A DNA stretch of 64,000 nucleotides from Bugula neritina (lineage: Eukaryota; Animalia; Bryozoa). The stretch covers positions 868,001 to 932,000 of the forward strand of contig OZ037769.1 of assembly GCA_964035545.1 (NCBI GenBank), written 5' to 3'. The notes below the pieces were generated by a model. That model did not search any database. It was not told the DNA's origin and saw nothing but the letters and a program-made list of their open reading frames with translations. Both the position numbers and the translations under genes were made by a program. Every line of letters begins with the position of its first letter. Positions within the stretch are counted from its first letter, which is position 1. Shown one piece after another: positions 28,117-42,621 of the stretch.

Positions 28117-28938
28117 TGTGATTCAGAATTTGATTGTTTCTTTATCGATAAGCGGCGATTCAGCTTGAGCTTCCAAGTTCAACTTCAAGAGATCCAGTTT
28201 CAGTTTGAGTTTCGACTTTTATTTTTACTCTAGTTCTAGAGTCAGAGTGCAAAATTAAAATCAAAATGAGAAAAATAAGCTGATAGTTATACTCTGAGCT
28301 AAAACAAATAAGCTGTGTATAAAGTTGTTCACTACTATCTCTAAAAATGAAAACCGAAAACGTTTAGACTAGAAAGCAATCATAATAATGTCATTGTCAC
28401 AATCACAATATCAATATTCTCAGTTCCAGAAACAATTTGAATCAGCAATAACTTTAGCCACACCACTGCGTTTAATAAAACGAGGTTTTGCGTTAACTTA
28501 TACGCAAGCCGTTCTAGTTGAAGGAATGACAACTCCTTTATATTTGCCAAATAAACTTCCATAATAATAATTATAGAGTTAATAACATTGAACTATGATT
28601 TTAGGTCATTGGTTAACAATGCGGATATTATTTTAATTTGAGAAATAGTCTGAATAGTACTGGAATTAATGAGCTAAGCATATAATGTCAACATTTAGTA
28701 ATGAGAGTTTTAGTATAACCCAAAAATCAGCAATTCAAACTAAACTATAACTTTACAAGATTGAGTTGTGAACACAACTTCACATAGTATTGGAAGAGTG
28801 GTAAAATTAACAAACACCGAATAAAAGCATATGCAACATCGCTCAGTTGTAAAAAGTAGCAAAATCAAAAGTCAAATCTTTATGAGCAAGCAATTATACT
28901 GGTATAATACTGTTTTTACTGTAATATGTATAATATAG

Positions 28939-31900
28939 TCAGATGACTGGTGATGTCATATCCTGTCTGTTCTCATAAAGAGGAACTGTTGTGTTCAGTT
29001 GAAGTTGTTCATATGCTGATGATGGAGAGGTGGTGAGCTGCTCGTAAGTGTTGGTGGGAGGATTTGCTGAGTTTGAGGGTCGAGTAGACACAGGTTCTTC
29101 ATATACTTCATGTTTATCAGATGGGGTGTCTCTACAGGGCAGACTACTTCTTTTCAAGTAGAGAATAATACTACCCAGTGTAACCACTGCTAGTACCAGA
29201 ACTACCACCACTCCAATCAAACCATCTAAACACACAAATAATTTACAGTTGATAATTGCAGGTCAAAATTAGCAAAGAAATTATGCTTAGACAAGGCAAT
29301 ATGTATAAATAAATTTGTGCGACCAAAAATGTTCAGAGTAGAACATATCTACTTGACAGATTATAAAGTTTTACAAGACAAATCAATTGTATAGATTTAC
29401 CATTGTATAGTAATGCTGTCAGAGAACTGAAAATTAAGTTGTTCATTGCTGAGCATTACTTGGGTTTAGGTAACTTATCAGTTGTAGTCAATTGCAATAT
29501 TTCGTCAATACAATCACATCTCATATATACAAGCTCACCAATATAATATTTATAAATTTGTTTATAAAGACCGTTATGGTTTGTCACAAACTACTTCCAT
29601 CCGCAATGTATTATTGTACACCTGTGCGGAAATGCAAACTATATAAAACTGTTTTAATTCAGCTCGCTAGAAGTTAAAATAAAAAAACGTGCTCGCTAAA
29701 TATTACATGGTAATAAGCCAATTAGATCAAACACACACGAGCGTGTCGCACTTCTCACTCAGCATGTTAGACACTTGAAAATCCGCACGCAACGTCCAAT
29801 TTTTGAGCTAAATAGCTTTTCTCGCACGTCACGCTCGAGCAAAACGCGTCGTGTGGCCCTACAGTAACAATAGTTTACCAGTGTCACTTACCTCTTTGTG
29901 ACTGAACAGGGAAATGGCTGTTTCCTGAAACTGCAGAAACTTTACCATCTTTGACCAACAAACAACCAGGGTCATGTGACCAGTTACCAGATTCTGTACA
30001 GACATGATCTGTAGTCTTAGTATAACCAATATCACATGAGTAGAGTAGATTATCTCCTCTGTAATATCTGTCTGTCTGTATGTCTCCGTTAGTTAGATTT
30101 AGTGCTGTAGGGTCACACTCAACTGTAAGAATAACCACGGCCACATATATGTATTGTATATACTCCTCAAAGCTGTATTACCATACAACTACAGTTTGAT
30201 GGATGTATATTATTGAAATTAGTCTAAATAATCTTACCAGTTTCAGAACATTCTGGAACACTGGACCAACTACCATCATACTGACATTGGATAACACTCG
30301 GATTTGTTTTCTTGTAACCATAGTAACAATTATACTGTAGAACTTCTTGGTAGAAATATGTGTGAGTTATCCCCCCTTTAGATGTCACATAAGTAGTTGT
30401 TGTGTTGAGAAACAAATCACTAATCTCACATTCCACTGAATAAAAAACAGCAAAGTTTTTTTGCATAATTGCATTGAGACATTATGCTATATTCATGATA
30501 TATTATAGCACAACTATATAGTATAGATATATACCTATTGTACATGTTGAAGATATATTACTCCATATCCATGGTATAATATTACTATATACATATACCT
30601 GGTGTACATGTTAGAGATATATTACTCCATATCCATGGTATATTATCTGTATCAGTAGAACTACATCTAGATACAACTTCTTCTATTCCATTTCTACTTT
30701 CATATCCTTTTATACACTCATATACTGTTGTATGAGTATCAGTCTTAGTTTTAGTAGTAAACTCAACATCTCTCGGCTCTTCTGTACAGTAGGGGACTAA
30801 AAAAGATATTTAAAAGTACTAGTTTGAATTATTAGAATACAATTAGAAGTATTATACTCAGGTATTAGATGAAGTCTATATAATATAATACTTATCATGC
30901 AAGCTTGTGCTATAAATATATACCTGGAATACATTTGATCTCTGATTGGTTGACCCACTTAGCCTCTGTACCATCTACATTACATTCAGAAGTTGAGTTA
31001 TACTTCAACTGATAGTCAGTATCTTCACAAGAATAGTTTATTATCGTACCAGGAAACCAGGGAGATTTAGTAGATGGAGTACTTGTCACATGATCTATTT
31101 CAGGTTTATCTCCACATGTCAGTACTGTGAAACATACAAAATAACATGCAGCAAGATAAACTATAATTAGTCTTATATAATATGTTTTAAAAAGAAAATT
31201 TCTCATTGGTTTGATCAGCCTAATTTCTTGCTCTGATTCTTTGCTTCTCTCACTCACCTGTAAACTGGATCATAAAGAATACTCCCTCTACATCTCCAGA
31301 TACAGGATCTGGTTCTTGTTCATATCTCACAGATAGTTGATTGTTTGTAGAGTTTATGTTATGTAGATATCCATCAGGGAAGTTAGCAAACTCCTGATTA
31401 TCAATAAACCAGAAGTCCTCTTCGAAATCATCTGTCACAATAATAAAATCAAACCTAACATAGTGAGCTGCACTTGGTAGGTTTGATATTGTAAACTCAC
31501 AGGATGGTAATGGCTGTTTATTAATTGTATAAGAGCTGGTGAATATTCCAGTCAACTGTTCAACTTGAAGTCTGTCTGGTATCTGAATATCTTCACCACA
31601 TGATGTCACTGTAACAGAAATTATGCATCCATTTTCTAATTGCTCAATTTGGTAATGCTGTATATATTAGCATAAAACATTAATTTCTTGCACAGGTTAG
31701 CTTTACCTGTAGTATGTACCTGTTGAGAAGAACTCCAAATTGAATCCTGTCATGTTGCTGAGAGTAGAAACTGATAATACAGACGGTTCTTGAGTGAACT
31801 TCTGTATTATACCTTCAGGTCTTGTAGAGTCAATACAGTATGTTGTACCATCTATTTGTATTTCTGTGCAAAAGTATCCTTCAAAATATTTATACCCAAC

Positions 31901-32266
31901 TCCTGGTATACTGATATAACTACCAGCAGGTGTTCTCAGAGTTAGACTACATCTAACAGGTGCCCCCTCTATCTCTCTATGTTCTATTATCCCTGCATAT
32001 CCTCTATCAACTGTCACTGTGTTATTATCACATATATTCACTGGTTTAATATCTTGCCCTTTTATCAATATGATGATATAACCACTCAGTAGCAGCAGGA
32101 GTTGTCTTCTGACTGACTGAAACAAGAACGTTTAATATTAGTGTATATACACTTCTACATTTTGTACAGAAAAACTCAACCAAACTCTATGCATGACTAA
32201 CCCTTTTGCACTGCTGATCCTACTAACTAATATCGGCATACTGTACATACACTGTGTACTTACCAT
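28939..32266 (-). CDS. Receptor paralogue 1: SP - CUB-like x2 - CCP x4 - TM - ITAM-type tail (class A), ~621 aa
   Basis: Exons 32264-32266 (ATG|GTAAGT), 31720-32116, 31258-31608, 30924-31124, 30599-30796, 30238-30435, 29892-30122, 28939-29225 join in frame. Signal peptide MSVRRQLLLLLSGYIIILIKG; CCP pattern C..Y.C..GY....C...G.WS..P.C; TM GLIGVVVVLVLAVVTLGSIILYL; tail YEQL-x7-YEQL. Confidence 0.85.
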
Positions 32267-33969
32267 TATATTGAAGGTACTCTGTAAGTAGGTAGTTTAT
32301 GTATATAGCTGTGATGTGTTCACCTTGTGTAGTATCTTATACACAGTATAGACTTATATATTCCCAATAATACTAGTCAGGGAGTAAAGTATAGTCTATT
32401 ATCACAAGTCAAATACTTCAGTATATATACTTGTGATTATAGATATACTTCCTTGTAGAAAGATAAATAATGTTATCACAATGATTATATTCAACTAGAT
32501 ATATGAACACCTTCACTCTAATCATTCATTCTATAGTCATATACATAGTTATCATACAATACAATATCAAGGTATATTACGTACTTCATACATGGAGGTA
32601 TACCTCTTTAGTGTTTAGTAGATGGGCTCTGCTGGTTATTCATCAACTTCTAACTGCAATTAACAATGAATTTAGAAGCCTTTCACCAAAAGGTGTAGGC
32701 ATAAGATTTAATACAATTTAAAACCATTTAGATTACCCTTTATTGTTTAAGAATTAAAAGCTACCAAAGTTACCACTGGAAAGCAATTAGGATGTACTCA
32801 TGTCTATATATTATTTGTTTTGTATAAAAGGAATAAAATAATAGTTAAGTGTTTTCTCAATGTTTATAACCAACTGCAACTGTGACAAACTAATATTTTA
32901 AAGCATACAATTAAATATAAGCACACTTTTATGCATGAATTCAACAACCTCTTGTTTAAAAAGCATACTGTAGCAGTCTCGTTTCAATTTGTAAAAAGTA
33001 GAAAATTCATTAAGATTTCTGAATTTTAAAATCTACAAAATGTATAGGCTCTGGCAAGGTCAAGGTCAAGTGAAGGGCAAACTTATGACTAGATAGGAAA
33101 CAAATAAATAATTAGAAGATATTTACTTGGAAGTTCATGCAGGAGTCCCAATATTTCCAATACCAGCAAGCAAGATGAGAGAGTATATTGTTCACAAAGT
33201 ATACAATACAGTTTACTGGGTGTATCTTAATTTATTTATATTTTAAAGGTGAATTGTTTCAATACAAGTAAAAAGTTCAGCTGTTTCTCTATTTATATAT
33301 TGTATTCCGTAGGTAGATGTTGTACAATATTAGTGTATATATTCCGTAGGTAGATGATACATGGTCTGACAGCATGGCCTTACGCAGGTACACATCTATT
33401 ACACTCATTTCTGACAAAACATAAAATTATACTACAACAGCAACTCAGTAACAACAGCTTTCCACACATGATATTAATGAATATTTTTGTCATTTGATTA
33501 TAGCTGAATATCAAGTAAACTCTTCAAGGCTCTAGATTTATGCTAGATCAGAGAGTATGATATAATTGTTACGGCAATGATATAATACAGCATGCAGAGA
33601 GATAGCTAATATTTATTAAGGAGAGAATAACTCCGTACATGTTAGTTTAAAGTTGTGTTTATACATCTTTTGAATCTCAACTCGGCCAAATTGAATTTCT
33701 GACTGAAAATCGTGAAGGTATAAAGGCAACTTTACTCTAGAGAGCAGCTCTCTTGATATTAACTATAAATGTCATTACTGAAAGCATAACTGAAACTTGT
33801 ATCTACTAAAGACAAGAGAGTATAATAATTATAATCTTTATGCAAGGAAATAAAACATACAGTGAAAAAATCTCTACTATAAAGTAACATTGTGAATTTG
33901 ATACATGTTGTATGAATAAAGGTTTATGATGCTCACGATTCCTCTCTATATTAGTTATTGTCTCAGGAG

Positions 33970-36900
33970 TTATGCCACCTTAGTTGATGGCAAATTGCTG
34001 ATGCCCACACCTACGAACTCGTAAGTGTTGGTGTTGTTGAGAGAATTTGCTGAGTTTGATGGTCGAGTAGACACAGGTTCTTCATATACTTCATGTTTAT
34101 CAGATGGGGTGTCTCTACAGGGCAGACTACTTCTTTTCAAGTAGAGAATAATACTACCCAGTGTAACCACTGCTAGTACCAGAACTACCACCACTCCAAT
34201 CAAACCATCTAAAACATGTCATGTGATTTATAAAATGTAACACAAAATAGCAAAAGTGAAAGTTTGACAGAGCTCAAAAGAATAGCACAGAGAATGTATA
34301 AATAAAATTTATAAATAAAGTGCGGCTTAATTAGTCGTTATTGAATAAAACAAAGTTATTGCTGGTAACAATGTTTGGATTTTAAAAGTGAGTCAGTTTA
34401 ATTAACCCAGAATAACATCTTTGTTTTAGTTACAATGGTCTCAATTAATTTTCCCTGAATCTGAATATTGTTTATTGTATTTCTAAAGATTTATTTGCTA
34501 TACCAACTGTAGTGGTGTAATAATAGTGCGCCTGCTGTAACCCAGAGTTCTCGGGTTCGAATCCCAGTGGGGGTAAAAGTTTTATGCTATCTCATTGGTT
34601 TGTCAGATTATCTTCTGGCTCCAAGAGTTGGTGAAACTAATTTAATGTGTCTACTAGCTGCTCATTGTATTAATTAGAAATTTAATTTTTACCTTCAACA
34701 ATCAATTTAACAGCATCAAATACCTCTTTGTGACTGAAGGTAGAGCTTGCTCTGCTCTAAGACTTTAAGACGTTTACCATCTTCAACCAACAAACAATCA
34801 GGGTCATGTGACCAGTTACCAGACTCTGTACAGACAGGATCTGTAGTCTTAGTATAACCATCATCGCATGAGTAGAGTAGATTATCTCCTCCGTAATATC
34901 TGCCTGTCTGTAAGTCTCCGTTACTTAGAATCAGTATTGTAGGGTCACATTCAACTATCGAAATAATGGAAAGCACTACTATACTTTAAGTTACTCAGCA
35001 ATCATAGTTTTGCAGTTTTTAAAAATTTGATTAAAAATACGCTGCTTATTAAAATATTAGTAACTATTCGTAACAATCGTATAGTATTGTATCAGATAAT
35101 AATGCGATTTGTGTGCAAAGGGGAGGTTATATACTTGCTTACAATAATATTATAATTTAGTATATAAAATTAAAATATACAGTTTTAGCTTATATACAGG
35201 AGTACATATATCAATTATGAACACATAATTGTTTGCAGTATATTATTACTATATATATACATATACCTGGTGTACATGTTAGAGATATATTACTCCATAT
35301 CCATGGTATATTATCTGTATCAGTAGAACTACATCTAGATACAACTTCTTCTAGTCCATCTCTACTCTCATATCCTTCTATACACTCATATACTGTTGAA
35401 TGAGTATCAGTCTTAATTTTATTAGTAAACTCAACATTTCTTGGCTCTTCTGTACAGTAGGGGACTAGAAAATACAATTATAAGTATTATATTCAGATAT
35501 TAGAGAAAGTCTATATATAATCCTAATTATACAGCCTTGTGTTATGAAAACATACCTGGAATACATCTGATCTCTGATTGGTTGATCCACTTAGCCTCTG
35601 TACCATCTACTTTACATTCAGAAGTTGAGTTATACTTCAACTGATAGTCAGTATCTTCACAAGAGTAGTTTATTATGGTACCAGGAAACGAGGGAGATTC
35701 AGTAGATGGAGTACTTGTCACATGATCTATTTCAGGTTTATCTCCACATGTCAACACTGTAAAAGTACACAGAAGTATGAGCTCATATGCGGCAGACAAT
35801 CTGCATCTTCAAAATCTGAAATAGTTTTAATTGTAGTTTTCGGAATATAATATGTTTTCCATAATGATATTTCGGTAGTGTCTTCACGCAAAACTTATTT
35901 ACTTTGCACTGCTCACTCACCTGTAAACTGAATCATAAAGAATACAGGCTCTACATCTCCAGTAGTAGGATCTCCCTCATTTTCATATCTCACAGAGAGT
36001 TGGTTGTTTGTAGAAATTATGTCATGTGGATATCCATCAGGGAAGTTAGCAAACTCCTGATTATCAATAAACCAGGAGATTCTGGATGATTCTTCAAGCT
36101 CAGTAATAATACTAAACTTAACATAGTGAGCCTCACTTGGTAGGTTTGATATTGTAAACTCACAGGATGATAATGACTGTTTATTAGTTGTATAAGAGCT
36201 GGTGAATATTCCAGTCAACTGTTCAACTTGAGGTCTGTCTGGTATCTGAATATCTTCACCACAGGATGTCACTGTAACAAAAATATGTCTACATATATTG
36301 AACATATATACTACCTTTGCCACAAAGTGAAATGGTCTTCACAGCTTGCTAGAAAACCTTTTTCATCAGGGCTCTTCTCACAAGAATAGCAAACATCAAC
36401 CCTCCTGTTATATACCAATGGACTTTATAAAGTGTTCCTAATAATATCTTACTAATTTGGTGTAACACATGTCTGATATCAAATATACTCGCTATGGTAT
36501 GATATATCCTACAACCTACAACCTAGATGCGTTATTTCTTAATGTTGATTAATCTATGTCCACCAGTCAATAGATAATTGATATTTCTTATATTCCAAAT
36601 GCCAATAAGGTCTGCTGAATATACTGTAAATATATATTGTGTTTAGGTAAGTTGAAGACATAACAAAAGTCAAAACTGAGGGCGACACTAGCTGAGACAG
36701 CAGAATTGGCCATCTGCAAACTGGCAAAATTTCATTGCTACTTCAAAAACTACTGTTTTTCAGTTTCCCTTTAAATATCTTCGTTATGTAAAATTAAAGT
36801 TAAAACTTTGCAATAAAAACATGAAATGCAGTTACGCTGCTAAATAACAGCACTTTTTAATGGTTAGGTGTTCCGCCATTTTGTCACATATACTATAACG

Positions 36901-37310
36901 TACTCGTATGCTCTCACTATACACAGCAGTGATTTACTAGTGCTGTTGGGTTGAAAGTCGGCTGCATTTTTAAAACTATAGATAAATAAGTTTGAGTTGC
37001 TGTTCACTGCTACAAATTATCTTCCAATATTCTTACACTGCCTGGAGGGTGGTGGGGGTTATTAAATGGCTGGTATCACCATTGTATAATATAGTAATTT
37101 GACACATTGAAACACTAATTTAATCATTGTCATATTATTCTACTGCAAGAGGTCAGTACATTGTTCTTATAGAGTTATATAATATATAGAGAGGTGAATG
37201 GAATGAGGCTTTAATAAACCAGCCTTGAATGTTTGAATACAAGATTAACATATAGCGAAAAATATTTTATGAAAACTACATTCTTTCCTAACATATTCAT
37301 CTAGCTATAT

Positions 37311-37381
<71 letters not shown>

Positions 37382-38095
37382 CATGTCACTCAATTTACAA
37401 AATACAAAACTTTTTGCACTTTTGCACCAAAATTTTGCTCATTCAATTAATTTTCCGCTAACTATTATAACGAAAAACTTCATAGTATTTGCATTTCCTT
37501 CAGACAACAAAACTAGCCAAAGATACATAAATATATATTAATATTTACCTGTTGAGAAGAACTCCAGGTTAAATCCTGTCATGTTGCTGAAAGTAGAAAC
37601 TGATAATACAGACTGTTCTTGGGTGAACTTCTGTATTATACCAGGTTCTGTAAAGTCAATACAGTATGTTCTACCATCTATCTGTATTTCTGGACAAATA
37701 GCACCTTCAGCAGCTACCTCAACTCCTGGTATACTGATATAACTACTTATAGCAGGTGCTCTCAGAGTTAGACTACATCTAACAGGTGCTCCCTCTATCT
37801 CTCTATGTTCTATTATCCCTGCATATCCTCTATCAACTGTCACTGTATTATTATCACACATATTCACGGGTTTAATATCTTGTCCTTTTATCAATATAAC
37901 GATGTAACCACTCAGTAGCAGCAGGAGTTGTCTTCCGACTGACTGAAACAAAAACGTTTAATATTAGTATATATATACACTTCTACATTTTGTCCCGAAA
38001 AACTGAATCAAATACTATAATGTATGATTCCCTTATGCACTGTTGATCTTACTAACTAATATCAATATAATGTACATACACTGTGTACTTACCAT
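33970..38095 (-). CDS. Receptor paralogue 2: SP - CUB-like x2 - CCP x3 - TM - short tail (class B), ~538 aa
   Basis: Exons 38093-38095, 37549-37942, 35921-36271, 35556-35756, 35267-35464, 34724-34954, 33970-34208. Lacks the third CCP exon; tail VYEEP...TYEFV...STKVA. Confidence 0.82.
34507..34640 (+). mobile_element. tRNA-derived SINE-like element in the last intron of paralogue 2
   Basis: A-box-like TGGTGTAATAA, B-box GGTTCGAATCC and tRNA-like loop CTGTAAC, followed by a non-tRNA body; second copy at 49711. Confidence 0.6.
37315..37380. repeat. (TA)n microsatellite
   Basis: About 33 TA units; absent at the equivalent site of paralogue 5 (~52395). Confidence 0.9.
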
Positions 38096-39472
38096 TGTAT
38101 TGAAGATACTCTGTAAGTAGATAGTTTATGTACAAGCTGTGATGTGTACACCTATAGTGTTGTATCTTATACACAGTATAGACTTATATATTTCCAATAA
38201 TACTAGTTAGGGAGTAAAGTATAGTCTATTATCACAAGTCAAATACTTCAGTATATATACTTGGGAATTATAGTTATACTTCCTTGTAGAAAATTAGATT
38301 ATATTATTACAATGCAATCATTTAATTATAACATATGTATGAAGCTTGTACAAATTTAATTTGTCAATTCAATTATAAAAGCCTTTGTATGCTGTTAAGT
38401 TTGTCACTTATCATTGTACTTACACATTGTAAAAATAGCCCATCGGGTCTTGGCCTTATCCCTATTTTATGTTAGTTATAGCTTTAATATAGAGATATCA
38501 TTGATATTATATGCTATTGTAAAGCTCTACAGCTTCTGTCAGTGCTTGATCATATTATAGACATGATACAGTAGACTTAACTATAATATATTATTCCCCA
38601 ACAACAGTGCTACTCCAACAAATATACAAGCTAGAAAATTCGTTGCCTGCAGCAATAACGATTTCAATGCGTAATGATTCATAGGAATTTAGAATAAATC
38701 AGTTTGAAGAACTATTGTGCACTGTGTCGCTCAAGCTAAATTTATTTGAAAAAGTAGGAGTAAAATTTATTAGATTTTAGTGCCTTGCGCTCTGAAAATG
38801 AGCTAAATATAATACATGAGAGAGTATATTGTTCATAAAGTATACAATACATTCATAAAAGGTGATAATATGAATATTTCTATATTTTAAAAGTTGAATG
38901 ACCAATATTATAAATAAATAACTCCAGACAGGAAAACTATTTGGTATTATAATATAATTTTATTAATTACGCTTTAGTAATAAGTGATATATGGTATGAG
39001 AAATTTTGTAAAACTTGTAGCCTTATAGTTGTAACCTCAAAAGAAAAAAAGCTAAAAACCTTTAGTTATAATTATATTAATTCAAACTAAAAGTAGTTAG
39101 CAGCTGTGGTTTAGGAATAGCTCAGTGAATGTCTTACAGGTACAAATGGCAAATAAAATTATACAAAAATAGAAACTAAAAGTTGTAATCAATAAACTTG
39201 CTTATCAAAAACTAAAGAAAAATGGCTGTAATTGGAAAGTGAAATAAACAAAATGGGATGAATGGGATAGGTATTATAAAATTCTAAACTGAAGTTGCTT
39301 AAAATTTTCCCAATAAAAATGTTGACAATGCAAAAATTAAAAGTCCACTTCGCCAGCAAATAGCATATAGAAAAATCTTCATTTACTGAAAAATGATCAC
39401 TACAACTACAAGTTAATTTTATTAAAAATAAAAAGTATAAATTGCATATAATTTACTATATAATTCCAACAG

Positions 39473-42400
39473 TTAAATATTTTCATAAGCTGATGATTCT
39501 AGCTGCAGCTTTTCATATGTTGGTGCAGGAGCTCCGTTGTTTTGTAACTTTTCATAAAGAGAACTTTCATTGTTTACAGGGTTGCCATTGGTTACTGATG
39601 TAGACGTGTCCATTTCCTCATAGTTGTGAGTAGCTGAGTTCACTCTGGGAGAGAGTTGAGTAGACATGGGTTCCTCGTACACATCAGGGTCAAAAAGTGG
39701 GTGGGTTGTACAGGGCAAACTATCTCTTTTCAAGTAGAGTATTATAATACTGATTGTAATCACAGCTACAGGTACTGCTATGGTCAGAGCAATGAGACCT
39801 CCTGGAAAGAAGTTAATGTTAAGTCTACATAAACATGTGCAAATTCAACAAATTTATATTCTGTAGACAGCTACTGAACTCTAGTGAGAGGGTATGTAAT
39901 ATATTCTGTAAACAGCCACTGAACTCTAGTGAGAGAGTATATAATATATTCTGTAGACAGCCACTGAACTCTAGTGAGAGAGTATATAATAGATAAAATA
40001 GAAGAAACAAGAACTTACCACTGAGTGGCACAATCTTTTCATCTATGGTAGTAGAACGAGTCATATCCTCAGATACAACACAACCAGGGTCATGTGACCA
40101 GTTACCAGACTGTGTACAGACAGGATCTGTAGTCTTAGTATAACCATCATCACATAAGTAGAGTAGATCATCTCCTCCGTAATATCTGTCTGTCTGTTTG
40201 TCTCCGTTAGTTAGGGTTAGTGCTGCTGGGTCACACTCAGCTGTTAGGAAATAACAGAGTCTGTTGAAATAATTTTACATATGAAAACATAACAAGCTAT
40301 ATTATAGGAATATTCTATTATATTTGAACCTATATATAATTACCTGTCTCTGTACATTCTGGAACACTGGACCAAGTTTTATCATGTTGACACTGTATCA
40401 CGTCCATGTTTGTTTTCTTATAACCATAGTAACAGACATATGATAGAACTTCTTGGTAGAGATATGTTTGAGTTGTCCCTCCCTTAGATGTGATGTTAGT
40501 AGTGGAATTATTGATCGAGAGATCAGTGATGTCACACTCAACTAAAGTTATTATTAAAAAACAAACTTGCGGAGGACAAGGAACATATATACGTAGTGTA
40601 AAATAAAAAATTATTATTGAAAAACAAACTTTAAATTGGCAATGAAATTTTTCGCAAAGTAATTTAAGTTGTCATTACTAATTTAGTATATTAAATTTAA
40701 ATTATGTAGTTTTGGCTATAAAGATAGTATGTAATATATATACAATATCTACACTCTACAGTGCATTATTACTATATACATATACCTGGTGTACATGTTA
40801 AAGATATATTAATCCATACCCATGGTATATTATTACTATATACATATACCTGGTGTACATGTTAGAGATATATTACTCCATATCCATGGGATATTATCTG
40901 TATCAGTAGAATTACATCTAGATACAACTTCTTCTATTCCATCTCTACTCTCATATCCTTTTATACACTCATATACTGTTGTATGAGTATCAGTCTTTGT
41001 TTTAGTAGTAAACTCAACATCTCTTGGTTCTTCTGTACAGTAGAGGACTACAGAAACAGCATTTGGAAGTATTATATTTAGTTATTAGAAAAATTCTATA
41101 TTATCCTCATTATACAGGTTTATGTTATGAATACATACCTGGAATACATCTGATCTCTGATTGGTTGACCCACTTAGCCTCTGTACCATCTACTTTACAT
41201 TCAGAAGTTGAGTTATACATCAACTGATGGTCAGTATCTTCACAAGAGTAGTTTATTATTGTACCAGGAAACCAGGGAGATTCAGTAGATGGAGTACTTG
41301 TCACATGATCTATTTCAGGTTTATCTCCGCATGTTAACACTGTGTAAAAGTAAAGAGAAAGTTGGCTCGCATATGGCAGACACAGGGAGAAAGTCCAAGA
41401 TATTTCTGAAAAAAGTTTCAGTTGTAATTTTCAGAATCTAATTTTGGCTGTGACGGCTTTATAATATTTTGATGCTTAAAAACTCATTTATGTGCGTTTT
41501 TCACTCACCTGTAAACTGAATCATAAAGAATACTGATTCTACATCTCCAGATACAGGATCTCCCTCATTTTCATATCTCACAGAGAGTTGGTTGTTTGTA
41601 GAGATTATGTCATGTAGATATCCATCAGGGAAGTTAGCAAACTCCTGATTGTCAATAAACCAAGAGGTTCTGGATGATTCCGTAAGCTCAGTAATATCAA
41701 ACCTAACATAGTGAGCTTCACTTGGTAGGTTAGATATTGTAAACTCACAGGATGATAATGACTGTTTCTTAGTTGTATAAGAGCTGATGAATATTCCAGT
41801 CAACTGTTCAACTTGAGGTCTGTCTGGTATCTGAAGATTTTCACCACAGGATGTTACTGTAAAAGAAATATACCTAGCAAAATTTACTTTAATGCTTATT
41901 ATATTTTTAAAGATATTTGCTCTACAGTGTTGAGTGAACCTTATTAAATGGGTTGCTTCTCAATGAACACTGTATAACTGATAACTAACAACACAATAGC
42001 ATATCACAACTACAGGCAAGTTAATCATTCAAACTATTTGTTAGCTAATAGATATTAGTTTTCTGTACTTTGAAAAGATTTACAAGTTTTTTACATTAGA
42101 ATTACTTATATAAATTCAAAGTGCATCCCTTTACCTGTTGTAAAGAACTCCAAGTTGAATCCTGTCATGTTGCTGAGAGTAGAAACTGATAATACAGACT
42201 GTTCTTGAGTGAACTTCTGTATTATACCAGGTTCTGTAGAGTCAATACAGTATCTTCTACCACCTATCTGTATTTCTGGACAGATATCACCTTCTTCAGC
42301 TACAAAAACTTCTGTAATGCTGATATAACTACCAGCAGGTGCTCTCAGAGTTAGACTACATCTAACAGGTGCTCCCTCTATCTCTCTATGTTCTATTATC

Positions 42401-42621
42401 CCTGCATATCCTCTATCAACTGTCACTGTATTATTATCACATATATTCACTGGTTTAATATCTTGTCCTTCTATTAATATGGCTGTGTTATAGATACTCA
42501 ACAGTAGGAGTTGCAGAGGGAAGAACTAAAATATAATTAAATTAAATAATGAAAACTGTAGATTGTAAGATTATATACTAGATACTATCCCATGTGTGTG
42601 TAAATAAGTTTTACTCACCAT
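39473..42621 (-). CDS. Receptor paralogue 3: SP - CUB-like x2 - CCP x4 - TM - multi-tyrosine tail (class C), ~629 aa
   Basis: Exons 42619-42621 (ATG|GTGAGT), 42135-42525, 41509-41856, 41139-41339, 40850-41047, 40344-40541, 40019-40240, 39473-39801. TM GLIALTIAVPVAVITISIIILYL; tail YEEP, YEEM, SLYEKL, TYEKL, SAYENI. Confidence 0.85.

Noticed and set aside
34507-34580. tRNA-Tyr-like gene (also at 49711)
   Set aside because: No proper acceptor stem or D-arm, and it continues into a shared non-tRNA body; treated as a SINE head.
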